Under the pieces are notes generated by a model. The model was not told the origin of the DNA, did no database searches, and saw only the letters and a list, made by a program, of their open reading frames with translations. Both the position numbers and the translations under genes were made by a program. From the human T2T-CHM13v2.0 reference genome, Homo sapiens: a DNA stretch of 64,000 nucleotides. The stretch lies in NCBI RefSeq assembly GCF_009914755.1, contig NC_060936.1; one strand, given 5' to 3'. The first letter of the stretch is position 1, and each line of letters begins with the position of its first letter. Shown piece after piece: positions 13,950 through 27,204 of the stretch.

Positions 13950-14410
13950 TGTATCTGTTAGGGTCCAGCAAAAAAACTGGCATCATTAAAGGTCCTTCAA
14001 GCAGAGAGAATTTAATACAGGAAATTGAATCCATATGGGACAGAGGAACTGAGAAAGCAGAAAGTGAAGCAACCTAGAGTTTACCAATAGCAGGAAGTCA
14101 CTACTGTCCCTAAAGAAAAGGGACAAAAAGAGGATCTTTTACTTTCAGAGGCTAAGTGCCAGGACCTTCAAGTGTAGCCAAGATTATCAAGCAGCTGAGG
14201 CTTCTGCCAGAGCCGGATGGGTGTGTGAAGTGATAACTACTCAACTGTGTCCTCTTCCCTCACTCTAGTCTTCCACCAGAGCCTCCTATTGGCTGAGAGT
14301 ACAAGGAAGCAAGAAGGCAAAGGAGTTTGGAAAATGTAGCTCCTTAAGATTTGGAAGAGAACAGAGCAGATAAAGAATCTGAGAGTGAGCAGGTGTATGG
14401 TTGGCACATG
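13950..14410. mobile_element. Possible ancient LTR fragment
   Basis: gttagggtccagc...agagaatttaatacaggaaattg...cctcctattggctga resembles old LTR consensus; family not identified. Confidence 0.4.
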
Positions 14411-14734
14411 TGGCAAGAGGGACAGTTACAGTCTTGGAAAAAACTGGGTGTCAACTATTGCCTTGGCTCTACTATATCCTTGACACTCTCTCCTAAACCC
14501 AAACTGAATCTGAAGGGTGAGAGATGATGGTGTTCCTCCTTTTTTTTCCAACCCAAAATTTGAGAACTTGCCAAGAGAAAAAAAAAGCCACATTGCAAAA
14601 GGAAATCTACTTCATAGATGAGCCAAAGTTTGTATGAACAAGTCCCCATTTTAACTTTAGAGCCCCCAAATGAACTTAGCATTGGGGTGTTTTCCAGCCT
14701 TGAAAACACCTTTCCCTGCAACAACCATGATTAA

Positions 14735-14970
14735 AATTTATTGAATGCTTGGTATGTGCTGGCCATTATGCTAAATTCTTCCCATACATTATCTCTTTAA
14801 ACTTTATATTGATCCCATGAGGTAGCAGTAGCTACTCTTCTTATAACCAATCTGTAGATTAGCAATCCAAGGTTTAGATAGGTTAAGTTTAACATATTGC
14901 CAGGGAGTGGTGGAGCTGGATTTGGAGACAGGCAATCTGACTTCAGAGCCCATATTTTTAGCCACTCCTC
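14735..14970 (-). mobile_element. MIR
   Basis: atttattgaatgcttggtatgtgctggcc...ggagctggatttggagacaggcaatctgacttcagagccc. Confidence 0.8.
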
Positions 14971-15084
14971 AATATTGCCTTCCAATGAAAGTGTATTTAA
15001 TGTTGTGGCAGGAAAGAGGAAAATCTCCGTAGAATATAGTTCAGATAATATAGTTCAGAAGATAGTTCAGAGGACCCCCCCAAA

Positions 15085-15495
15085 GTCATAGATTAAACAG
15101 GGTAGACACTTATTTCTCTTGCACATAAGAGACTGGGCTAATCTGGCAGCTCTGCATCTTGGAGTGTTCAGTGGCTGGGGTCTCTCTTTTTTTCTTTGTC
15201 ATCCTTAGGGTATTTTTCATCATTGACACTTTTCTAGTTATTTCACCATCAAATTTGTAATATAAACAGTGGAAATAGTAAGATAAATGTGAGGGAAAAT
15301 AGGCTCCTTCACTCTAAGAGCATGACACAGAAATCACACACATTTTTCTCAGTCTCATTAGCCAGAACTTAGTTATATGTTCCCACCTAGCTGCAAGGGA
15401 GGTGGGAACTGGGCAGCCCAGCTAAAATTCAATTGTTCTGTCAATACAGTGGAAAAGAAAAACTGACATTGAGGGACAACTCTCTGGTTCTGCTT
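15085..15495 (-). mobile_element. MLT1J/K-like MaLR LTR
   Basis: ctcattagccagaacttagttatatgttcccacctagctgcaagggagg. Confidence 0.6.
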
Positions 15496-15950
15496 GCACA
15501 TACCCTTCTTTTTACTTCAATGTACTGATTGAAAATCTTTTCCATGTTTCATCTCAGCTAATGGGCAAATCTCCAATTTGGGATAATTTTGTGTTCAGTT
15601 TACAATACAGGAGGCAACTGAGGACATGAGAGTTGAAATTGTTTGTTCCAGGTCACCAACTGAGTCAATTATGTGGGGAATGAGATTGGAATGGGTATTC
15701 ATTTTATAAGTGGCCTTTCAATTCTTTTTTATATTAAAAATGGCTTTTTGCCTCTTGAGGTAACCTCATTACTGTGTTAGAGTTGGATAATAAATTCTTA
15801 TGTAATGAAGACTCTGCATATAAACACCCTTTGTTTAATGCTCAGTGCTATTAGAAATTATTATTTGGACTGTTACTCAATTTTTGACATTAACACAATT
15901 CCAGCAAGTCTGAACTAACTGATTCATGTGAAACAATAAAAAATGTGTGA

Positions 15951-16285
<335 letters not shown>

Positions 16286-16599
16286 AAGAAATGTTCATTT
16301 TTATGGACAGAAACTTAGCCTAGTTCAAGTCAGGAGAATTAACTGTAACAGACACCGGATGATATCCCATGCATTCAAGGGTTAGAAACAAAGTTGAGGG
16401 GACCCCACAAGTTAGGAATTTGTCATTTGAGCCCTATACAACACATTGTATAGGAAAGCCCACATTGTTATGATATAAAAATAATCACCAGAAACTCATG
16501 CACGTATTCCCCAGCAAATCTCTCAGCCCGTTTTACAGGAGTGTAACTACTCACTAGTGCATCAATACCTTTGTTGGACACTCCCTCACAGGTTGCCAG

Positions 16600-17095
16600 A
16601 TGCTATAGGTATCCGACTATACCATGCAAATGAAATGCAAATGGATTGCAAAGTGAAATTGCAAATCTTGCAAAAGATGCAGGATTTCAGAAAGTGGATG
16701 GAAATTTTGCTGGAGAAAGGCTCTAATTACAAGCAAAGCATCTGATGGATGGGAATGTGGTAGCATCAGGCCAGTTGACAGGACAGGTGCTTCAGAAGAG
16801 AATGATTTGTGTATCAAAGGATTAAGAGAGGCCCTTAGGAAAACTGATGAAGCCCTCCAGTATTTCTGAAAAATTACCCTCTTTATGATCCTGCTGCAAA
16901 AAGTCCAATGTGAAGGGAACATGTCATCTTATGGTATCATATAATTTATGTAAATATATAGTTTCAGAGAACTTGCCAAAACTTGATTTGAACTTTGTTC
17001 ATTCTAAGAATCAGAACATTGTTGACTTTACAACTGGACGGTTGTTAGATATGATAAAATAACTTGTTTTTATAATTTTCAGTTTGAAGAGTTTT
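16600..17095 (+). mobile_element. Ancient TcMar-Tigger relic with degenerate transposase C-terminal coding sequence
   Basis: Manual translation LQSEIANLAKDAGFQKVDGN...IKGLREALRKTDEALQYF*, with stops and frameshifts, resembles Tigger/pogo C-terminus. Confidence 0.65.
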
Positions 17096-17329
17096 CAATC
17101 CCCTAGGGTTCCCTGGAATGTTTTATTAGATTGTGAAGTGTATTGAATATTCCTTGTTCTGAGATGGGGTTGGAGGTTTTGACTTGCCATTCAGCCTTGT
17201 TGCTTTAGCTGGCTGGAAACAATTGCTGCGCGAAGTAATATGTGATGGGAGAGCATCAATTCTTGGCACCTGTTTGGGTGCTGGAGTAATAAGGCTACGG
17301 CTGCTGCTGCTAACAAAAAACAGTAACAG

Positions 17330-17485
17330 CAAACATTCACTAGACCTTTATCATGTGCAAAGCCAAATATCTACATGGGCTATGTCATCGAATCCTCAGA
17401 TCACCCTATAAGGTAACTGCTGTTTTAGACCCATTTAACAGTTGAAGACAGTAAGGTTGAGCAAAGTCAGGCATTTTGTCACTAA
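17330..17485 (-). mobile_element. MIR
   Basis: aatcctcagatcaccctataaggta...cccatttaacagttgaagacagtaagg. Confidence 0.6.
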
Positions 17486-17537
17486 GTTTCAACACTTGGT
17501 CATTTGGGAAACTAAATCCCTCCTTCACAACCCCCAC

Positions 17538-17749
17538 TTTTTTTTATTGTAGTAATGGCATTTAACATAAGACTTCCCCTTTTATACAAATTTTAAGGGC
17601 ACGGTACAGTATTGTTGACTCTAGGCACCATGTTGTACAGCAGATTTCTGGAACTTATTCATGTTGCATAACTGAAATTTTACACCCGTTGAATAGCAAT
17701 TCTCCCTTTTCCCCTGCTCCCTGTCACTGGCATCCAGCATTCTACTCTC
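17538..17749 (-). mobile_element. L1MA 3' end fragment
   Basis: cagtattgttgactctaggcaccatgttgtacagcagatttctggaacttattcat. Confidence 0.8.
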
Positions 17750-17887
17750 ATGAGGCACCAAGCCAGTCATGAGGGATCCACCCCCAAGGACCAAACTCCC
17801 CACCATGCCCTACCAGGCCCCAACTCCAACACTGGAGATCAAACATTTACATAAGATTTGGAGGAGACAAGTATCCACACTGTATCA
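17750..17887 (-). mobile_element. MSTB-like LTR 5' fragment
   Basis: caccaagccagtcatgagggatccacc...agatttggaggagacaagtatccacactgtatca. Confidence 0.8.
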
Positions 17888-18310
17888 GCTGGGGACTCGG
17901 GAGAAAACGGCAATAAGCTGGCATTAGTAAGAGCTTGAGCCTGACTTTCTACAGATCTAGTTTCGAATTCTGGCTCTGTCAATTCTTAACCCTGGGACCT
18001 TATGCAAGGGAATTCGCCATTCAATGTGGAAAGAATGGCCAGAGACTTTGTAATATTCACAGAGCTAGAAATTGAGCTGGGTTCTGGTCTTGCTTCTTTC
18101 ACTCTTGAGTGTCAGACCTCATTATCCCCCTACCCCTCAGTGCAGAACCATCATGTACCATCACCATGTGGAATCACTCTTTTCTTTGTGCCCTCTCTTT
18201 ATCCCCTGCAAATGCCTATGTTTACATTTATTACTTTCCATCTTAGTCTCCCCCATTAGAATATAAGTTTCTTGAATGCAGCTGTGACTTATTCCATGTT
18301 TGTACCCCTA

Positions 18311-18862
18311 TGTGGCAGGCAGCCTCTAACGTGACCCTCAATGGATCCCCACTTCCTGGTATTGAATATAATTGTGCAATTCCCTCCCCTTGAGTGAAGA
18401 ATGGACTTATTGACTCACTCTAATGCATAAAATACAAAAAAAATATGGAATATCACTTTCAAGGTTAGGTTACAAAAAGATAGTGACTTCTGTCTTGTGT
18501 GCCTTCTCTGGTTCTCTTGCTCACTGTCTCTGGGGGAAGCCAGCTGCCACTTGGTGAGCTGCCCTAAGGAGAGGCTCACATGGCAACGAACGACGCAAGC
18601 TAACAAAGACCCAAGGCCCTTTGTTCTACAACCTGTAAGGAATACTTATTTCCGGTTGAGCCTTCAGATAAGGCTGCAGTCCCAGCCAATACTTTGATTA
18701 CAGTCTTATGAAAGACCTTGAAGCAGGGAACCCAGTTAAGCCCGGACCAGGTTCCAGCTAAGTTTTGACGCATAGAAACTATGAGATAATAAATATTTGC
18801 TTGTATTTTAAGCTACTAAGTTTTCAAGTAATTCGTTATACAGCAATAGATAAGTAACATAC
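18311..18862 (+). mobile_element. MLT1E/F-like MaLR LTR inserted in an L2 3' end
   Basis: tgtggcaggcagcctctaac...ggaagccagctgccac...gttatacagcaatagataagtaac. Confidence 0.85.
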
Positions 18863-18959
18863 TTTAAAAATTAGTGCAGTACCTAAGATATAAAGGGTAT
18901 TTAAATAACCTTGTCGAATAAATAAATGACCTCAGAATCTTAATACTAATGGCCATGCT

Positions 18960-19320
18960 AATAATGAATACTTACTGAGTGACTACTATGTGCCAGGCCT
19001 GTAATAGACATTATCTTAAGTTATCATAGAAGAGTAGGAACAATTGTGATTCCTATTGTGTAGATGATAAAACTGAGACCTAGGGTGGTTACATAAGTAG
19101 AGTCAGGATTTAAACTCACTTCTATTTAACTCAATTCTTGATATATCTACCACTGTTCTGCCCTCTTTGTCTATCTTGGCATTTTAATCTAATTTTTTAT
19201 TTTATAGAAAGGAAAATGGACCTGGCAAAGGGAAAGGATTTAAGTCAAGGTTACACAATGAATCAAAGACAGAGCCAGGACTAGCACTCCAGCCTCCTGA
19301 TAGTCTATCAGTGCATTTTC
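18960..19320 (-). mobile_element. Two MIR fragments
   Basis: cttactgagtgactactatgtgccagg; gatgataaaactgagacc; caaggttacacaatgaatcaaagacagagccagga. Confidence 0.65.
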
Positions 19321-20846
19321 TATCTCCTATCCTAGCCTGCCTTGAAGATACCAGACTGTCAGGAAAGGCTGGCTATATCTTTGTGAGTTCCACAATCATG
19401 CCGTTGATGGCTACCTTATGTATCACCCAAGCATGGCAAATGCAGTTACCCAATGACATCCATGCCCAAAGTCGAACTTATTTACAGTAACTACACCTGC
19501 TTCTCCAGTAAGAAGCTCCTGTGTAATTGAGTGGACCAGGCAGGAATTAGATCTGGGCCCATGATCTATACAACCTGCCTGTAGCTTAATCTATGTCAAT
19601 TATTTCTGCTGATCTCTGTTCTGTAGCAAAAGTTAACCATGTGGCTTTGGGAAGGCCAACAGAGGGGCAGCAGCAGATACATTTGGAAAGGGTCGTGCAG
19701 ATGGTATGACTTGTCAATTTTAAAATTAGAAGAGCTTTGGGGTGGGCTTGCTTACTTTTTACATAAATTCAAAATGCCGTCTACCCCTTTCCTGATACCC
19801 TGGGCATCTTCTTTGCCAGGAAGCTTTCTTTTCTCCTTTTAAGGGGGTCCACCATGTATTGAGGTATCATTACTTTTCTTTCTCTGTGACTAGAATTTTC
19901 TGGACACAAGAATTTTGTCTTGTTTATCTCTGTGTCACTAACACATCATTCAGTGCCTGGGACATGGCAGATCACTTGACTGTTAGGCTGGAAGTAAATG
20001 AAAAGAAAAGGGGAGAAGTATATCTACCTCCACCCTAATGTCCTACGCTCTCCCTCTCCCATTAGCGTGTCTCTTCTTTTTCATGCATGTCAGCATAGGG
20101 TACAACGTAGTTTGTCCTAAACAGAATATGAAAGGTAATTAAACTAGCTCAGAAATAAGCCCTTGATCAACATCTCCAAAGCTTTTTTTTAATTGGCTCC
20201 TTGAATATTTGAATATTATTTTTTTCCTTGAGAGAGTCCTATTATATAATTAAGAATCCAAAGGCTCTAAAAGTCTGATAATAATAAACTAGAATTATTT
20301 TCTTTCATTTTTGAACCCACTTATTATGGGATGATTGACATATAAAAGACTGTACATATTTAATGTATACATCTCAGTGAGTTTGGGAAAAAACTATACA
20401 TTATGATGCCATCACCTATCATGGCCGTAGACATACACGTAACCTTCCAAAGTTTTCTCTTGCCCCCATTATGATGATAATCATGATGATTATTTTGGTA
20501 CCAAGAACACTTAACATAATATCTACCCTCTTAGCAAATTGTAAGTATACAATACAGTATTGTTAGCTGTCAGCACTATGCTCTATAGTAGATCTCTAGA
20601 ACTTACTTATTTTGCACAACTAAAATTTTCACCTTCCCATTTTCAACCTCCTTCCAGCCCCTGACAACTGCCGTTCTATAATCTACTTCTATGAATTTGA
20701 CTACTTTAAATTTTACATATAAGTGAGATCACGCAGTATTTGTCCTTCTGTTTCTGGCTTATTTCACTTAGCATAATGACCTTCAGTTTAATCAATGTTG
20801 CTGCAAATGGCGGGATTTCCTTCTTTTTAAAGGCTGACATTCCATT

Positions 20847-20863
20847 GTGTGTGTGCATGTGTG

Positions 20864-20895
<32 letters not shown>

Positions 20896-20910
20896 CACAC
20901 ATATATATAA
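20847..20910. repeat. (TG)n/(TA)n microsatellite
   Basis: Direct reading. Confidence 0.85.
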
Positions 20911-20935
20911 TTATCTTTACTTTTTAAAAAAAACT

Positions 20936-21224
20936 GGCTGGGTGCAGTGGCTTATGCCTGTAATCCCAGCACTTTGGCAGGCTGAGGTGGGCCGATCACA
21001 TGAGGCCAGGAGTTCGAGACAAGCCTGAGAGATAGGGTGAAACCCCATCTTTACTAAAAATACAAAAATTAGCCAGGTGTGGTTGTGCATGTCTGTAATC
21101 CCAGCTACTCGGGAAGCTGAGGCATAGGAATCGATTGAACCCGGGAAGCAGAGATTGCAGTGAGCCGAGATCACCGCTTTCCAGCCTGGGTGACAGAACA
21201 AGACTCTGTGTCAAAAAAAAAAAA
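20936..21224 (+). mobile_element. Alu (Sz/J-like)
   Basis: Full dimer with A tail. Confidence 0.95.
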
Positions 21225-21254
21225 TTACTTTTAAATTGATAAAAACAAGGTAAT

Positions 21255-21340
21255 TCATTGTTAGTTAGCTTGATTTAGACTTTCTACAAGGTATACATAT
21301 ATCAAAACATTGTATCATATACCATAAGTATATACTTTTT
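21255..21340 (+). mobile_element. Short L1MA 3' terminal fragment, opposite to host L1
   Basis: ttagcttgatttagactttctacaaggtatacatatatcaaaacattg...accataagtatatac. Confidence 0.65.
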
Positions 21341-21633
21341 TTAATATCACAATTTCGTTGTCCATTTATTCATTGATGGACACTGAAGTTGATTCCATAT
21401 CTTGCCTATTGTGAATAATGCTGCAATAAATGTAAAAGTGCAGATCTCTCTTCAAGACCCTGATTTCAACTCCTTTGAATATATATCCAGAAGTAGGATT
21501 GCTGGATCGTATGGTATTTCTGATTTAAATTTTTTGAGGTGTCTCCATACTATTTTCCATAGTGGTTGCACTGATTTTCATTTTCACCAACAGTGTACAA
21601 GGGTTCTCTTCTTCATATCCTTGCTTACACTTG

Positions 21634-22209
21634 TTTTCTTTTCTTTTTAATTTATAAAGAAAATAGGTTTAACTGGCTCACGATTGTCTGGGCTGTACAG
21701 GAAGCATGGCACCATCTGATTCTGGGGAGGTCTCAGGGAACTCTGACTTATGGCACAAGGCAAAGTGGTAGCAGGCACCTTCACATGGCTGGGAGGCTGT
21801 GTTTTGGGCCCTTTTGTCCATGGCTCTGATCCTTGCTCCAGAAGATAATCTCAGGTTTGGTAATGCAGTGTCCCAAGGATACCAAGCTGCTGTAGGTCTC
21901 CAGCATCATGTCCCTGTACAGGGTCTGCTAAGCATCATCCAGATCTGGTCACTCCTCCCAAGTGAAGTCCTTAGCCACATCCTCAAACAACACCAACACC
22001 AGAAATGTATTCATTTCTTTTGCTTTTGGAAACACATAGAAGGTTCTGGAATTATAGCAGAGATTTATTCATCTTTGCCACCCTTGGAAATGCACGGAGC
22101 ACTGGAGCACTATGGAAGCATAGCTTCAGGGATGCTGAACTCAACTGGAGACCTGCAGGGTGGTCAGGAGAGCATAGCTGCTGAAATACAGTAACAAAAT
22201 GGCAGAAAT
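21634..22209 (-). pseudogene. Processed KRAB-ZNF pseudogene (ZNF717-like): 5'UTR + KRAB-A + KRAB-B joined to an MST LTR, with A tail
   Basis: From ATG 22014: [56 protein letters not shown], frameshift, then EQGSEPW. No intron between KRAB-A and B; stops at 21951-21949 and 21930-21928. Confidence 0.9.
21649..21788 (-). mobile_element. MST (MSTA/B) LTR 3' part forming the terminal segment of the retrocopy
   Basis: Minus strand ccatgtgaaggtgcctgc...gtgccatgcttcctgtacagcc...gagccagttaaacctattttctttataaatt, then A-rich tail. Confidence 0.85.
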
Positions 22210-22308
22210 CCCCTCCCTCCCTCCCTCCCTCCCTCCCTCCCTTCCTCCCTCCCTCCCTCCCTTCCTTCCTCTCTCTTTCTCTCCCTCTTTCTCTCTCTCT
22301 TTCTTTCT
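22210..22308. repeat. (CCCT)n/CT-rich microsatellite
   Basis: Direct reading; lies at the 5' junction of the retrocopy. Confidence 0.9.
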
Positions 22309-22478
22309 TACACTAGCCATCCTATCAGGTGTGAGGTGGTATCTCATTGTGGCTTTGATTTGCATTTCCTTGACGGATTAGTGACGTTGAACATCTTTTC
22401 ATACACCTCTTGGCCATTTTTATATCTTCTTTGAACAAATATCTAATCAGCTCCTTTGCCCATTTAAAAAATCATGTT

Positions 22479-22841
<363 letters not shown>

Positions 22842-23753
22842 TCATCAATCCCTTACAAATATATGGTTTGCAAATATTTTCTTCCACTCATTCTTTATGT
22901 TGCCTTTTCATTTTATTGATTTTTTTCTGTGCAGAAGCATTTTAGTTTGATATAGGCTTAGTTGTCTATTTTTGGTTTTGTTGCCTGTGCTTTTGGTGTC
23001 ATATTCCAAAAAATAATTGCCAGGAGAAGGGAAACATCAAGGAGCTCTTTCCCTACGTTTTTCTCTCTAGGAGTTTTACAGTTTTAGGCTTTACATTAAG
23101 TCTTTAATCCATTTTGAGCTCATTTTTGTGTATGAGCTAAGAGTCCAATTTCTTTCTTCTGCATATGGATATCCAGTTTCCCAACACCATTTATTGAAGA
23201 TACTATTCTTTCTCCATTGCGTATTCTTGGTGTCCTTGTTGAAAATTTGCTGCAAATGCATGGGTTTATTTCTGAGCTCTATGTTCTGTTCTATTGGTCT
23301 ATGTGTCTGTTTTTATGTCAGTGGCATACTGTTTTGATTACTATAGCTTTGTATTATATTTAAAGTCAAGTAATGTGACGCTTTCAGCTTTTTTTTTTTT
23401 CTTCTCACAATTGCTTTGTTTATATTCAGAGTCTTTTGTGGTTCCATATGAATTTTAGGGTTGTTTTTCTATTTCTGTAAAAAATGTCTTTGGAATTTTG
23501 GTAGAGGTTGCATTGAGTCTGTTAATTGCTTTGGTTAATAAGGACATTTTAACAATATTAATTCTTCCAATCTATGAACATAGGGTATCTTCCCATTTTT
23601 ATGTGTCTACTTTAATTTTTGTCATCAATGTTTTATAGTTTTCAGTGTAAGAATAATTTTCTTTAACTCCATCTTTTACTAATTATTGTGATCATGGGTC
23701 CATTTTTCCACTTAACTCCCTTTAGGAAAGTTCCATTAAAAGTATCTTACACT

Positions 23754-24063
<310 letters not shown>

Positions 24064-24674
24064 TTACGGTGAATCAGAATGTGACAGGGCTGGTGGCAGA
24101 GGGATTGGTGTCATTTGGAGACCCATATTGTAATCTTAGTAAGAACATAGTTTACAATATGTCACTGGGTTCTTACATTACCTGCACTCTATTAGCCATG
24201 ACTATTGTGGTTGCAAGCGGCAGAAACCCAAATAAAGAAAAAAAAAACACAAAGTAATTTATTGGCTCATCTAATTATGATGTTGAAAGATGGACCTGTT
24301 TTCAGGACTATAGAGACTCTGAGAGAAAGTTGCTCTCTCTCCCTGTCCTGCTATCTCTCTCCCTGGCTCTTTCTTTCCATCTTTAGCACTATTTCTCATT
24401 CCATGTTGGTATCATTTTCCTCTATAACAAATATTCTTTTCCCTTTTGACTTTTGTGTAGTGGCCATTCAGGAATTTACATTATATGGAAGGACAGAAAT
24501 AGTTATTTGGTCTCTTGTGTGGACCCTGAGAAGTCAGTGAGTTTTACAGAATTTCTTTGGGGGAATGAAATGAATCAATATTCCTTGCACCTGAAGCCTA
24601 ACCATCTCACAGGACTGTGCTCCCCCTGGGGAAGAACATAAGGGTGTCACAGTCTAAAGATATCATCATCCCTT

Positions 24675-25021
<347 letters not shown>

Positions 25022-26443
25022 TTATCATGCCTCTCATATCTTATCAAATGGACTAATCTTTTTTCTTTATGAAAATGCAACTTAGCAGGTTAATCCACCA
25101 GTTTACTTACCTTAAGGATGCCCCATGTGGATCTCTCAGCCAGCTTTTATGATCACAACCTCCTTCACTAAATGTTGAGTGATTTTCATTTCCCGTGGTG
25201 CTCACATAGGTCACTACTTTAGTCAAGGCTCTTTGGGGTTTGAGGAATATATTTCTACTCACACAGGTTCAAGCTAAAGGAATTTTCATTGTAAGATTAT
25301 CCTCAATAAGACAGAATATAATGTTAATAATAATAATTATTATTAATAGGGTTATTAATAATAGGATAAATCCCAGAGGCCAAAGGCAGGAAGAGGAAGG
25401 ACACCTCGAGAAAGCTGGAATTGAGAATTAGGGAGTAAAGGGCACCATTTCTGCCCCTATCTGGGGCCCCGTGGCCTTTCTCATTTTTTCTCCCTTCTGG
25501 AGTCTGCTGTATCCTCCTTTTCTCACCTAGTCTGTCATTCCTCATAGTGGCAATGGCCATGGTCTCATTACTCCCCACATCCTGACCTGGTGCTACTGGT
25601 GACCCTCACCAACCGGCAGCTTGGTTTCCCAATTCTAAATTCTGAGAACAGAATTTATGGTCTGAGTCATGTCTCAGTGGACAGTGCCCTGTATGACACA
25701 TCCGTGACTGGCCAGTAGGCAGATGATCTCCTATAGGTCAGGTTTCCTCCCCTGGACCAGCCTGGGGCCAGGAACACAGTGGGGGCTGTGGGCAGTGATT
25801 CATCCAGGAATTCTGGAAGCTAGTTAACCCCTGTTTTACTCCACATGATTAGGGTAAGACACTGGCTAGTGTGACCCACGTTTTTTGTTAAATAGGGAGG
25901 ACACACATCTCACGTTCAACTGGCTACAGCCTGGGTGCTCATTTAATTCAATAAATGTGTACCAAGGGCTAATTCTGTGCCAAGGACCCTGTCCAGCACT
26001 AAGACTAGTCCAAGGTAAATTCTTTCTTCAGTCTAAAACCTCTGAATTCATCTGTAGAACATACCACAGAGGTTTATCATCATTTCTTACAGCAAACACA
26101 GTACTGAGGAGAACAATATCTTCTGAGACTCCTGCAATGATGAGGTCTATGCAGCAATCTGACCCTGCACTGCAGTAATGGCGGGGAGGCACACATGCTG
26201 GATGTCAGGTCTGTCCCGTATTTGTATATTGTCATTTGATGGGTCACTTAAAACTCTAAGCTATTAAAATAAATGGTATTCTTATCATGATATGAATTCT
26301 ATTCTTAGCTCATCGTAGTGTACATGTATTTAAACAGGACTTTCTGATGGAATTTTGGCTAAGGTTGGAAAGCAACCAGTCTAAATATTCCCACCTTCCA
26401 AAGGAAGGTGCTAAAGCTTCTGCTACCTGGATGGCACTTCCAA

Positions 26444-26502
26444 AACTGCACTCCAGCCTGGGTGACAGAGCTAGAACCTGTCTCAAAAAAAAAAAAAAAA
26501 AA
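26444..26502 (+). mobile_element. Alu 3' stub with A tail
   Basis: actgcactccagcctgggtgacagagc...tctcA(n). Confidence 0.85.
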
Positions 26503-27204
26503 ATAGAAGGAAATCAGCACAAAGCTGATCTTTCCAGGCCACAGGAAGATTTGCTTTCTCTATAGCTCCCTTCCTTACATACACAGGTGCACACTCACAC
26601 TCACACCCAAACCCACCAGTAGTGTGGTTCTGTGAAGGGTGGCCCAGACCTGGGGGCTGTGCAGGGAACAAGGACTCAAACTGAAGGCAGCTGCTGATTG
26701 CCTCTTGTAAGTGGAAACTGGATTTCCAACACTTTGCCCAAGACAGTACCTGAAGGCTCCAGGCTGACTCTCCCGCGTGGTCACTTGGCCCACATCTGTG
26801 CCATGGAGAGCCCATTCTAGCAGTTCCCTGACCTCTGGAAATGCAGGCCTCTATCCAAAGTGACTGTGCATTCTAGCTGCATCTCAGCTTGTCACAATCC
26901 CTCCTGATGATGAGACTTCAAGGAAACCACTTGATGAACTTACCTATTGGTTCTTAATTCCTTGAGGCATCAGCTGAAATTGAGACAGAGTCCCATCTCA
27001 GCATCCTGGTACCCTAAATCATGTTTTCCAATTGCAAAGAGCCCTTCGAGTACTAAGGAGAAATACCTGAATGTACATTAAAATCGAAGCATGTTGATGA
27101 TTATATGATCAATAGCAGATGCAATTCATTGAATGTCTCCTATTTGACTAGGGTACAGACAATGTATTGGCCATTATTCATGCAATCCTATTCATTATCA
27201 TCAC

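Noticed and set aside
15035-15072. (ATAGTTCAGA) x3 and other tiny direct repeats (38651-38670, 49309-49337, 53349-53409)
   Set aside because: Short slippage-type duplications expected at background frequency.
17750-21788. MST pieces at 17750-17887 and 21649-21788 as halves of one interrupted LTR
   Set aside because: On the minus strand the 3' piece comes before the 5' piece, which is the wrong order. The 3' piece also ends in an A tail at the poly(A) site.
21799-22194. 131-aa plus-strand ORF
   Set aside because: It is the antisense reading of the KRAB pseudogene; the homology is on the minus strand.
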